Shown here: one piece after another, positions 39,861 through 52,374 of the stretch
How the letters are laid out: each line of letters starts with the position of its first letter
Position numbering within the stretch: the first letter of the stretch is position 1
NCBI GenBank assembly: GCA_050084985.1
Contig: JBITNC010000001.1
Coordinates: 91,140,001-91,204,000, forward strand
Source of the DNA: Nageia nagi
Lineage: Eukaryota; Plantae; Pinophyta
Direction of reading: 5' to 3'
Length of the DNA: 64,000 nt
Notes under the pieces: generated by a model
The model's input: only the letters and a program-made list of their open reading frames with translations
The model's database searches: none
What the model was told of the DNA's origin: nothing
Position numbers and translations under genes: made by a program

Positions 39861-40980
39861 TTGTTTTTTTCTGTTATATTGGAGTTGCTTTGTGAATTCC
39901 CACTGTACATCTATATTTATAAGTTGTCATTGATTGCTTTTGGTTACTAGAGAGACTAGTATCCTTTTCTATTTCTACTTCAGTTATATATATTGGTTAA
40001 ACACGTACAAAAATAAAATCATAAGTTTTGAGACCGTAGAAATATATATTTGGTAGCATTATTCACTATCAACCTTGTGTAAATAATACCCTTCGAAGTG
40101 TTCTTTGCATTATTCAAAACTAAGACTATTATTTGAAGAACTTTACAATACCAATTTTGTAAATCAGGTAGTATTGTTGCCATACACTGTCAAACATATG
40201 TATTTACAGACCACCTGAAGATTACAATTCTATTAAGATGAGACACATTGAAAGTGAATTAACTGTTGTATCTTAAAGTCATATATTGAAAATTCTTGTT
40301 AAGCAAGTTATCATGTTGCTCAAAGTCACATTTTGAGAGGGGGAGGCATCTCATATTTTGAGAAAGCAAAGGGTTGTGGGTATTCTAGTCAGCTTTTGGG
40401 AAGGATAAGATTTACTATTTATTATCTGCATAGGGGGACATCTAGGGGATGCTTTGAAATCCCAATTGAAGAAATATGACCCAAAGTTGATTAATTGAGT
40501 ACTTTGTGAGCCTTCCCGAAGACTTCAATGCCTATGAGAGCCAAAAAATCATTGTACTTAGTCTCTAGACAAGCAATATAATCTCCCATGAATCTCATAA
40601 TATATACAGTAGCGAAAGGTGAAATGTTCTATGTAATTCTTATCTAATGTATTCCAAGGGACTTGTCTATCATATGTAATTCTTTTATTTCCTTTTTTAT
40701 TTATATACCGAGTATTCAATGGGTATGTATAAGACAGGTTGTTTTGTATTGAGTCCATTGACGTTGGCCTTGATTTGCTTATGTCCTCCTGATTTCATTT
40801 TTTCAAGTTCTAATTCATTGATCTCTAAATGTGTGAACTCCGTTTTTAACCAAGTTTAAGCCATTTCCGCCTTTGTTTGAGGATTTTTTTGATCAAATCA
40901 TCTTCTTCAAGTTTCAAATTCATTGTTCTCCCCGAGTTTAACTTTGTTGGCATTGTATTTGATGTAAAATTGTCAAAAAA

Positions 40981-41254
40981 TTATGATGTCCCAAGTGACT
41001 TCGCCTGTTGAAGTAAGGCTTTAAATTGTTATCTGATTTGCTTTGCAAAAGGCAACTCATCGACACAAATACAGGAATAAAAAACAAAATTTCATTATCT
41101 GCATAGTATATTAGCCTTATTATGATGTCCCACCTGACTTTGCCTGCTGAAGTAGGTTTTAAACTGTTATCTGATTTGCTTTGCAAATGGCAACTCATTG
41201 ACATAAATACAGGGAAAAGGGGAAATTCATTATCTACATAATATAGTAGCCTTA
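40981..41254. repeat. Imperfect 139-bp tandem duplication
   Basis: ttatgatgtccca...gttatctgatttgctttgcaaa...agcctta starts at 40981 and 41120. Confidence 0.9.
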
Positions 41255-42728
41255 GTTACCCTACCATCTGTTGACTGTCATTATTTATAGGTTGTTTGGA
41301 GAGGGATCGGAAGCTTTCTTGTATTGAGCTCCAGAGTCCAAGTATAATATGTAATGTTTGCTTGCAATTCTTCTGCACATGTTCTCTCAGTGTATCAATG
41401 GTTTACTGGTCTAAGATTGTTAGGCATAGAATCCTTCCAAGAATTTTGCGAAAGAATTTTGCAAATCTTCACGTGGTATATTAATTTGGGCAGGTAATTC
41501 ATCACTACCTCATTTTTGGATGTATTCCTATACGAATCAAATTCAGATTCAAGCTCTTATATGTCATTTTCCATTGTCTCACTCTCCCTTGAAAATCGTA
41601 TATCATGTTTTTAGTGCTGCACATTGTTGGGGGCTTTTTCTGTCCTACCCTTGCTGATTGGTAAATTGGATCACAAGGCTTGTAGAAAGACTTCAACACC
41701 TGAGTGGTGGGGCGTGACCCCTACCCGCTACGAGGACTTTTACCTCAAAGGTTTGAAAGTGAAGGGTGCAAGGGTTCACTCAGGTGATAAGGTGGAGATG
41801 TTTGAAGCTGTTGCCAACTCAAATAGAATTTGTTAATCAAGGACTCGAAGGGTCCTTAATCCAGGAATAGTTATTTTTCAAAAAAAGGGGAAAAAAGTTT
41901 TGTTGCGAAAGCTATGCAAAAAAATAGAAAACAAATACAAAAGGGTTTGTGAAAAGACAATGATATATGAGTTGGGCTCTAGGGCTGAGTTTTCATTGAC
42001 TAATACGACCTTCTGAGACCATACTTATGCGAGTTTGCTATAGGTTCCACGCACCCTAATTCGAACTCGAGAGGCGACAACATGAACATCCTGACGAAAG
42101 GAGCTTGGTGCTAAGGCAATGAAAAGAAAGGTAAGGTGTGGGTATGACTCAATTGTGGGGTGAAGTTCCTATGTTAAACGACATACACAAGTCATCTCAG
42201 AACATATTAATCCCAAGTGCAAACTATGAAACATCACAATCAAACACTTCTTGAAATACTTCGAAAGATATGCAAGCACTCTTTTATCCACCTAGAGGGT
42301 TTATAAAATGTCTCAAATACTCAAGATAGCATTAAAATGTAATACTCATTCACATTCATAGTTTCAAATGAAAACCAACTCATTTCAATTCCTTTAAATT
42401 ATATCACAATTGCGAAAAGGGAAAACTTGCAAGATTGAAAGTGTTAAGTAAGTAGTCCAATTTGCAAAAAAATGTTTGATGATTTACAAATGAGCCCAAG
42501 TGGGTTATATATAGTTTTAGAGCAACCCAAAGTGTTGCCCTAACCTTAATTTTGATTTCCAAGAAATAAAATATGGTCCAACAGAAAAATGCCACATGGC
42601 ATTACAAGATATCATCCAAGTTTGTGGGAGCAAATCCTCATCCATCACAAAGTTGGGAATTTATTAATAAATAAATTAAAGTCTCCAGAAATAGCTATGA
42701 AATAATAAATAAAAGACACTAAATGTGA

Positions 42729-44776
42729 CTAGGTGGTTGGTGGGCCCAACTCCTCTACACGTCCCTCAAAGTCATCATCCAAGAATTTGGCTGTGAGCTC
42801 CAATCCACATAGCATTTTTGATAGCTTCGGCCCATTCTTCACCATGCTGCGCTCTATCTTGTCTACGATCCTCATCATGTCTTTCTCCCACACATGAGCT
42901 TTGAGCAAATGCTCCAAGTGACTACCTGTTTGGAAAGTATTAATGTCTTTAGTCATGATCAGATTGTGAAGGAAGTGTCTCACTTCCGCCATTGCAAGGT
43001 CTTTGTCTTTGTCACGGATGGCCGCATCATCATCAAGAAACTTCACTTGGAACTCCATTTGCTCAAGACAAGTGTTTGCCTTGTCGTTGAGCTTTTGAAC
43101 ATCCTTTTGCACCTCCTGGAATCGGATGGTTATTTGGTTAACTACACGCAAATAGAACCAATATTCCTTGCAAAACTTCATATCTTCTGACTTTCGATTC
43201 TGTGTCATCTCGAATTGCATGATTATGGGCCATCTAGAATCCAAGATCTTGAGAAGACTAGTTCTCTCCATGATGATATCTTTGAGCTTTTGCTCCTCGA
43301 ATGCTCTAGTGCTCCAACGAACTGCTGTACTGCTACCAAGACCTCATCTATATGCTTCTTTTTAACTGCAATCATACCCTCAAGTGGTTTGATTTTCTGG
43401 AGTTCTTTGGTGGGTACTTTAGTCGATTCTAATTCCTTAGTTAGCTTCTTTTGTGCGGCTAACTCCTTCTTGAGGCTTTTGATCTCTTTATCTTTCATCA
43501 TACCATCTTTGGTGATGGCCTCAGCGTTGGAGATGCTTGCATGTTTCTGACCAGCCAAACCAATCGGACCTGTATTGATAATCTGGTTAATTTGTCTGAG
43601 GTCTTCAGGGCATTGCGGATTTTCCTTATCAGCTATAATGGTCTTGATGTGTATGGCGTTATCAGCTAGGTGTACATATGTATGGGTTTTTCTTGGGCGA
43701 GTGGAGCTTTCTCCTATCTGGTCATTCTTTTCTTCCGCCCCAAATTCTTCCCCGACATCCAAATTAAACACATCAAGACATTCTTCCATATTGACACCCC
43801 ACTCATTTGTGAGTGATGGCTGATAAGTCTCCACAATTGCCTCTTGAATAGTAACAACATTCTTCTTTATTCTTTTCGAGGGTCTCTCTTCTCCTTGCTC
43901 ATCATGTTCACTTGAAATCCCTGTGGCTCGTGAATATGGAGTTTTCTTCAATTGAGCCCTCTTCTGCACTATCTCAGATGTTGGCTTCTTGTCTTTCTTA
44001 GTAGATGGCTCTGACACTATTGTCCTATGGACTCCTTCCAATATCTCTACAGATTCATCTTGTTGTTGTGTGTATGGAATCTCGTCATCCTGGACTGCAT
44101 TTTCTTCCTATTCATCTTCTGAAGCTTCAATCTCCCCTTCCTCTTGATTTTCATCAAGCTTATATGAGGAACTGGAGGTTGACAATCCAGATGGTGGAAC
44201 AACTGGTGAAGGTGCAACTCTTGTGGCTCTAGGTGGTCTTGGAGATGGAGAGGGATCTTGGTGTCTATTTCTTATGTACCTCACTACCTTGTTCGTAGCT
44301 ACACGCTCTAGTTCCCTTGCGTCATACTCATCTATGGTGGCTTGCACTTGTTGCACGATTTGTTCGACTGGCCTTTTGCCACCAATAGACGCATACTATC
44401 CAACTGGTGTCCCAATGATTGGAGGGAACTGTAGTCCATAATGATGTCTCCTTTGATATCTTGAAGGATCATCTCTTCTTTTTGCTAGTGGTAAATGACT
44501 TCCATACACAATTCGGGGAATGGTGCTGTGAATGGAATGAATGTGCATTTGGAAAGTCCAAAGAAGACAATGTCCTGTTTCAGATCAGTAGTAGGAACCC
44601 CACGAATGCTCTCCCTCATTTGCATAGGGTCAACGTTTTGCCAATCTGTGTCTCCAATGGTCGCAAAACCAGTTCCTCGAGAATTGAGCCCCTTGGGGGA
44701 GGGCTTGTTGTCTCTCATGAATGGAGATGATGCAATCTTGTTTCAACCGTTCAAGGTCCGTAGCGAAGTCAGGAGC
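42729..44776 (-). pseudogene. Disrupted ORF of element D (candidate ATG at 52896, first codons cut off by element C); N-terminal PMD/Transposase_32-like segment, acidic/low-complexity middle, coiled-coil-like C-terminus
   Basis: ORFs 44485-44718, 44108-44356, 43223-44041 and 42729-43271 chain through in-frame stops and frameshifts. Removing C gives MTPSKGNSAPDFATDLERLK at the start. Confidence 0.75.
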
Positions 44777-44781
44777 TGAAT

Positions 44782-45279
44782 TGTTGGAATGTATAATGCA
44801 ATATTGTAAAGGTTATGTAATAATCTTTTATGTAAGTTCACTAATACTTAAGGGTATCATTTGATCCCTTAAGTATTTAAGTGAATATGATAATGTAACT
44901 TGTCCTACACTCAATGTCATGAGCATGCCCGTTGGGTAAAAGGATGTGCATGTCATGCTTTTGTATATTGGGTAAAAGGGTGATCCAAAGAGGGATTTTG
45001 GCCTATAAATAGAAGGCTCCCTCTTTGGATCAAACACCAATTTGTGGAGTAAAGTTATGCTAGAGGATAGTGTTTAAGAGTTGAGATTAGGAGAATTGTA
45101 AGAGTTCATATTTGAGATTAAGAGAGATCTAGTTAGTGGATATACTTCTAGTTGGAGGAACCACTTACATCTTGTGTTATCTTTGTGAGATTGATTTGTG
45201 AGTTTGTTAGATGTGTATTGTGAGCTTTCATGTGATCTTAGGAGTTTAGAGTTGTTTAGTTTATAATTCAAGTCTTTCA
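44782..45279 (+). repeat. 5' LTR of element C
   Basis: TG...CA. About 24 mismatches and no indels versus the 3' LTR by manual alignment (~95% identity). Confidence 0.97.
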
Positions 45280-45281
45280 TT

Positions 45282-45293
45282 TGGTATCAGAGC
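45282..45293 (+). promoter_or_regulatory. tRNA-iMet primer-binding site of element C
   Basis: tggtatcagagc, 2 nt after the LTR. Confidence 0.97.
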
Positions 45294-47729
45294 ACCTTGA
45301 AAGCTCCTCTTCAACTTTTTTGGAGGTTCATTCTTCTTGGTTGAGGTAAAACAATTTAGAGGTATAACCTCCTATCCCTTTTAATAGTTCATTCTTGATA
45401 CTAACATTCTTTTGTAATTATGTTAGTTCAACTCCTAGCAAATATTGTCTCAATAACATAATATACTATTGCTTGTTTTTCCAACAATCTTTTATGTTAG
45501 TGATTGGGCATTAATATATTAGGCAAAATTTGCCATTTGTTTATCTTCCTCATGAGGTACGAACATTGTTACATAGTTTAAATTTGTAGGTTTGACCTGT
45601 GGTCCCCTCTTCCTTGTGGCCTCTCGTGGCTGCCAAGCCCTCTCTTTGTTGGCTGCCAAGCTTCTCCGCTTTGCTTCCTATGTTGTAGCCCCCTTCTCTT
45701 TGGTTGAAACCCCACATGTGAGTATCCTATTTGCATTGAGGAAGGCGAGGAAAGGTGATTGATCTAGTTGCTTCTTACAGTCTCGAGCAGCCTCTTCCCC
45801 TTTTGCTCTTTGGTTGGTCGCACAAGGGATAACCCTTGTATGTCAACCCACCCTCTCTATTATTGCGCGAAAGCTATCCTCCACGTGCCTATTTTTTTTG
45901 CGACCTTCCAGAAAACCCCACATCGGTTAACAAAGCCTCTGCATCTCATGAGCTCCATGAAAATACCACAATTCATGGTCGTGACCTCACCCTTGCATGA
46001 CCCCTACTACCTCCGCCTTGCCACACTTCCCCACTGCTTCCCTTCCTTACCATGACCTGGCTATGTTGGTTGCCCTTCATGGCCGTTTCAAGGCCCTCGT
46101 GGCTGTCTTCGTCAGTTTGCCCTCCGTCATCCCGAGTCTCTGCGTGACCTTATTTTTTCTCTTCTTACTCCATGTGATACTCCTTTTTTTAATCCACTCT
46201 TAACTACCTTATTTTTTTAATAATTCCTTTTAACCTATAGTGGTTGATGAGCATTTAATTCTTTTGTGATTACTTGCAAGCCATTTGCATCTAGAAGCAA
46301 TTGTATACCTTTTTTTTGGTAGACTTTTAATAGTTTTTTGCTTGCTTGAAAGCCATTTCTTTTTATTAAATGCACTTATACTCCAAAGTTAAAGCATTGT
46401 CATGATGAGTATAATTACATTACTTTAGAGTAAGTAGATGGTCAAAAATACATCATTACTCTTAAATGCACTCCTACTTTTTAAAAAAATATGGCAAATA
46501 TAAAGTTTTTTTTTTTTTAGGAGTATAATTTTTTTTTGCCTTGGTAAATACTTTTAAGTGTGGCTATTTACTTAGGAAAAATGATAAGTATTTCTTTTAT
46601 CTCTAACAAGGGGGGGATAATTCCTTTTTTAATACTTAGAAGATAAATCTTTAACTAAAAAGGGGGGAATTTGTATAATTCTTTACTTAAATGTTTATCT
46701 AGATATTGCATGCTAGAATATTGCATCTTTCTGAATTTCTTTATGCAAAGTTAAATGAACTTGTGCAAACTATGGAAATGATGAAATATTTTATGCATTT
46801 TTTTTTGTGTTATGATGGAAAGATGCATGCTTATTACTTAAATTTTTAAGTTATGATGCATTTTATGTTTTTACTTCTTTATGCAAGTATTGAGTGGACT
46901 TGTGCAAAATAACGAATGATGTAAAGATGTCCTTTAGGGGTTGGTAAACAAAACTTATTGGACTCTTAGGTTTCAAATTTCAAATGGATGATGTTTTATT
47001 TATGCTCTTTTACTTCATGTTTTGCGCCCTGATTTATTTGCTTATGCAAACAAAAACGCAAACATTGATATGAGCAACCCCTTAAAATGAACACATCCCT
47101 ACGTACATTCCATAACATGACTTGTTTGGGGAGCCATTAGGTGAGGACAGGCGGACTAGAGCCTTTAAGTCCAACAATCCATGTGGTGAAAAGTCCGTAC
47201 TTCTCAATTGCCCTTAAGTCTTCTGTTGGTTTGGACATAACTTTAATAGGTGGATAGGCATGTGTGTAGTGATACCACATGTTCGCACGTCCATTCAAAG
47301 ATTATCTTGATAACCTAGGAGGATAATTTGAAACCTAATCAAGATTAATAATTTGGCCGATTCAATATATGTCATAACCTTGGAAAATAGTAGGTACTCC
47401 TTGTGAGAGTATAATACCGACTAAAACGAACTGGTTGAGGATTGATAGTACTTGGGCTCCTCTTTTGTGGGCATCCAAGTGAAGGTCTAATTTTTAGACA
47501 AGAAAACAAGTTTCAACAATGTCACTCTACATTTATGGTTTTTAAGATGAGAAATGTATTTGAATACATGGGTTATTATTTGAGTTGTAAAATATTTGCA
47601 CTTGTGAATCAAATCAAGCATGTTTCTAGTGTTAAATTTAACATGTATTATTTACATGATTAAAATTTAACATATAATGTTGTTTATTGAACCACATGCT
47701 TATTACTTTTTCACATCCTTGTGTAGCAA

Positions 47730-50700
47730 ATGGGAGACTTCTTTTTATCCAAATAGATTTTTGATGGTTCCAACTTTGGGATTTGGGAACCTTGGATGAG
47801 AGCTAAGTTGTAGGCAAGAAAGCTTTGGCAAACAGTGAATGAGAATCTTGTATTTCCTACAGATGAGAAGGCATTAGAGGCTTACAACATGAAAAATGAG
47901 TTGGCAACCTCCATGATTTTTCGTGCAGTTTCAGATGATGTGCTCCTGATGATTTTCTCTTCAACCTCAGCAAAGGAAGCTTGGGATAAACTTAAGCAAA
48001 TCTACCTTGGTTCAAAGTTTTTCAACAAGGTTTACCATTCTCCAAAAGTTGCTTCAATTTCGTCAAGGGGAAGATGAAAATGTTTCCATCTACTTGAACA
48101 AAATCATTGACCTAAGGACCCGACGTGTTGCTTGTGGGTGCAATTGGATCAATGATGAATTCATGGTCTTCATCATTTTTCAAAACTTTTCTTCAAAGTT
48201 TGGAAACTTTGTGACGATTATGGAAATAAGGCTTGATGATGAAGGAGTCTTCTCCCTTGAGAACCTTTCTAGGTTCTTTTTGAAGCATGAGGAAATCTTT
48301 AACAAAAAGGTGTTGATTTCTTCTCTTGAGGATAATAACGTTGCTCTTGGAGCAACCAAAACTCTTTTCAAGAAGAAATTCAATTATCAAAAGAAATCTT
48401 ATTTTTCTTCCTCCAAAAGGTTTGAGAAAAGAGGCAATGGCAACAACAACATGAACAATGACAACAACATGAACAACAACAATAGCAACAGGAACAATGG
48501 TAACAACCACTTCAAGTAAAGAGATCGAAAAGGCAAAGCAAACAATCCATATCTTAAGGAAAAGTTTGATGGCAATTGTAACTATTTTGGCATCCAAGGT
48601 CACAAAGAAGTTGATTGCTAACAAAAGAAAGGAAAGGAAAATATCAAAGGCAATGGAAATGTAAAGAACTTCAAATGAAAGAAGAATATTCAAGCTGGTT
48701 TTACTGCGATGCTCTACTCCATGTTTCGCACTTTTTCGTCTGATTGGATTGTTGATTTTAGTTGTACTAATCACCTATGCTTTGAAAAAGATCAGTTTGA
48801 GAACTTTCACAAGTATAGAAAAGATGCGGTTGTGATAGGTGGTAACTCTAGCTTTGAAGTTTAAAGAATTGGGAGTGTGTTGATTTACGGGAAGGATGAA
48901 CCTTCTTTTCGTGATCCAAGTTGCTAGAAAAGGGTACTTTTTTGGGTTCGACTCTCAATCCTGATGCATTAAGAAAGGACTTGCGACGTTGGTTAAAGGA
49001 TCAATGAAAGATGATTTCGACATTGTGGATCAAGTTCCATCAAAGATGTGTCTTGCTACAAGTGTGTGTTCTAAAGGCAATCTTTGGCACCAACGTTTAG
49101 GGCACCTTAACCACAAGAGTATTCAAGTTATGAAAGACCAAGAACTTGTGGAAGGTTTACCTTCAATTTCTCCTTCGATTGGTCTACGTGAGAAGTGCAT
49201 CTTTGGCAAGATGCACAAGCAAAAGTTTGAAAAAGATAAGGCAACAAGAGCATCTCAATCTCTTCAACTTGTGCATTCAAATTTGATGGGATCATTTCAG
49301 ACTAAGTCGCTTGGAGGAGCATCTTACGTCTTAACCTTCATTGATGATTTTCGTAGAATAACCTTTGGGTATCTATTTGAGTACAAGGATCAAATCTTTG
49401 AGAGTTTTAAGGTTTTTAAGGCCTTTGTTGAGAATCAAACTAATTTTAAAATCAAGATGTTGAGATTAGGATAATGGGGGAGAATATAATAGCAATGAGT
49501 TCAATGACTATTGTGTTAAGTATGGAATCAAAAGACAGTTTACGATTCCTTACACTCGTCGGCAGAATGGTGTTTTCAAAAGGAAAAAAAAAATAATTAT
49601 GGAAATGGCTAGATGCATGTTGGGTAATCTTTCTAGTTCCTTGTGAGGTGAAGCAGTAAGCATTGCTATTTACACCTTGAATAGGTGTCCTACAAAAGCC
49701 GTTCAAGGTAAAATTCCTTTTGAGGTATTGTTAGGAAGAAAACCTAACATTTCTCACCTTAAGGTGTTTTGTTGTGAAGAATTCTTCTACATTGTTTCTG
49801 AGAAAAAGAAGAAGTTAGACAAAAGGGCTGAAAAATGCGTTTTTGTAGGTTATGACAATCAGCATAGAAGATACAAGCTCTACTCTCTATCCTATAAAGC
49901 AGTGTTCATTTTATGAGATGTCAAGTTCAATGAACTTTCTGAAGAATCTGTTTCTAATGAGGATATAGATGATCCAAAGGACTCTTCAGTTGCATCTAGC
50001 TGGTTGGATATTGATGTAGACAAGTTACCTCAGGAGCAAAATTCTCCAACTCAAAGGGTAACAAGGAGTATGACCTTGAACAAATTCTTATTTGCCAAGA
50101 TTGACAACAAGCATAAGCCCTCAACCTTCAAAAAAGCTTTGAAGCACGAGTGCTGGATGGAAGCCATGAAAGTAGAGTATGAGGTGTTTATGAAAAATGA
50201 AACTTGGGATTTGGTTCCTTATCCCAGTGAGAAGAATGTGATTGGCAATAAGTGGATCTACAAGGTCAAGTTCAATTTTGTTGGGGATATTGAGAAATAC
50301 AAAGCAAGGTTAGTAGCCAAAGGTTTTGCTTAAAAATATGGTGTAGATTATGGGGAAACCTTTGCTCCTATGGCAAAGATGCCTACTGTGAGAATTATCT
50401 TTGCTCTTTTTGTAGCTCAAGGATGGAAAGTTTTTCAACTTGACGTCAAGAGTGCATTTCTCAATGATGATTTAGATGTGGAAATCTTCATGAATCAACT
50501 AGAAGGGTTCATTGTGGAAGGCAAAAAGTCCTTTGTGTGCAAGCTAAAGAAGTCATTATATGGACTAAAACAAGCACCTAGAGCCTAGTACAGAATGATT
50601 TCAGGGTATTTTGCAGACATTGATTTCTCCAAGTGCTTTTCAGACTCCAATTTATAAGTACTCACTCAAAGAAAAGGCATGGTCTTGATTCTCCTTTATG

Positions 50701-51662
50701 TGGATGATCTTTTGATTACTGGGAATAATGATGAAATCATTCAAGAATGCATATCCAAATTTAAGGCAACGTTTGAAATGATTGATCTTGGTCTCTTGCA
50801 CTACTATCTTGGAATGCAAGTGTATCAATACAAGGATTGTATTTATTTCAATCAATCTAAGTATATATCAGACATCTTGCAGAAGTTTGGAATGGAGGAG
50901 TGTAGATATGCTACGATCCCAGTTTCTCCTAGAATCACTGTTTCTCTGAGCTCCAACTCTTTGTTAGCTGATGCTACAGCTTACAGGCAATTAATTGGTA
51001 GTCTTTTGTATTTGACTATTTCCAGGTCAGATATTGTCTTTGCAGTGAATCTAATGCCACGATTCATGCAAAAATCATATGTTGAGCACCTCAATGCTGT
51101 TAAGCAAATCTTGAGGTATGTTGCAGGGACTAAAGATCTTGCTCTCAAGTATTCTAAGTTGCCCACGTTTGTTCTTTCTGGATTCTTAGATTCTGATTAT
51201 GGGGGAGATAGAGATGACAGAAAATCAACCTTTGCGTATGTGTTTAGCATTGGTTCAGGTGCTATCTTTTGGGCTTCCAAGAAGCAGCCTACTGTTTCTT
51301 TTTCCACCATAGAAGTTGAATACCGTGCCATGTTTGTTGCAGCCCAAGAAGCCATTTGGCTAAGGCATATTTTGAAAGAAATTGGGTATGAGCATGGTGG
51401 CTCATCTTTGATTTCTTGAGAAAATCAATCGGCGATTTTTTTGGCTAAGAATCTTGTGTTTCATCAGAGAACAAAACATGTGGAAATCCAGACACATTTT
51501 ATTAGGAAAAAGGTTCTTGATGGCATCATACATCTGGAGTATTGTCCATCCATCTTGAACTCCGCGGATTTGTTCACCAAGCCCCTCTCGGAAGCTCAGT
51601 TTTGTAAGCTTAGGGATTTTATCGGGTTGGTGAAGTTGCCCTCAAGGGGGAGTGAAGTTTGA
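47730..51662 (+). pseudogene. Disrupted gag-pol of element C
   Basis: Gag, protease (WIVDFSCTNH), LWHQRLGHLN, integrase, RT (QLDVKSAFL, SLYGLKQAPRA, YVDDLLI) and RNase H (HQRTKH, ADLFTKPL). Many stops and frameshifts, and a ~33-bp deletion near 48895 relative to A. Confidence 0.95.
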
Positions 51663-52365
51663 ATTCTTGTATTGAATTCATGTTTGTGATGACAACTTCA
51701 CCTTTAGAGGGATTTTGTGCTATATGGTGTTGATTTTGTTGTACACTTTCGTGGTAAGTTCGTTTTGCATGAGGAATTTGTACAAATTTTTAAAGCAAAA
51801 AGATTGACCAATGTAGCACTGTTCAGTTATCCATGTGTGAGGAACTCTTATGTGTCTTTTGGCACTGTTTAGTTATCCATATGTGAGGAACTCGTATGTG
51901 CATGCTTTATTTTGTAATAATAATCAACACATGTTTTATATATAGCAGGAGACTACGCGTTTTGGCTTGGCATCTTTGTGATGACTTATAGTGCACTATT
52001 GATCAATTCATGATGGCATTTGTGCGATTCATCTAACCTTGTTGATATGAATATGTTGCATCTAACTGATCTTGTTATTTGAGCTGCTTATGACTTATAG
52101 GTTCCTTTGAGATTGTAGGTTACTTACTTTGGGTATGCAGGTTTTTGGAGACTCTTCATGACTTCCAGTTGGATGACTACTTCATGTACATTGAAACCGA
52201 TTGTGGTTAATGATTTTATTTGGCAAAGTAGTGAGTATCAAATTAGATCTTGCTTACTTCACAAATATGTAAAAAGTTCTCATATTTGGTTGTATCTATT
52301 TGGAGGAAAACTCTCTTACTTTCTCCTCTTCTTCTCTCTTATTCGCTCTATCCCAATATTGCATT

Positions 52366-52374
52366 AAGGGGGAG
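52366..52374 (+). promoter_or_regulatory. Polypurine tract of element C
   Basis: aagggggag immediately before the 3' LTR TG. Confidence 0.95.

Noticed and set aside
40981-41254. Tandem intronic C/D snoRNAs (atgatg...ctga in each 139-bp unit)
   Set aside because: Box C is imperfect (ATGATGT), the C-to-D distance is only ~55 nt, and I saw no terminal stem or recognisable rRNA guide.
42590-42620. Internal LTR start (tgtaatg on the minus strand) that would make D a two-LTR element
   Set aside because: No polypurine tract precedes it, and no direct repeat of either D terminus exists inside the element.
44828-45280. ORFs 'MVFDPKREP...' and 'MKDLNYKL...' recurring at 52421-52873 and partly at 8048-8242
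   Set aside because: The recurrence just reflects LTR duplication of recent copies. No evidence of coding constraint.
47730-51662. Strand-specific C>T hypermutation of element C (transcription-coupled)
   Set aside because: A hand count in the RT region gave about equal C>T and G>A changes (~8 each), and the LTR differences are also balanced.
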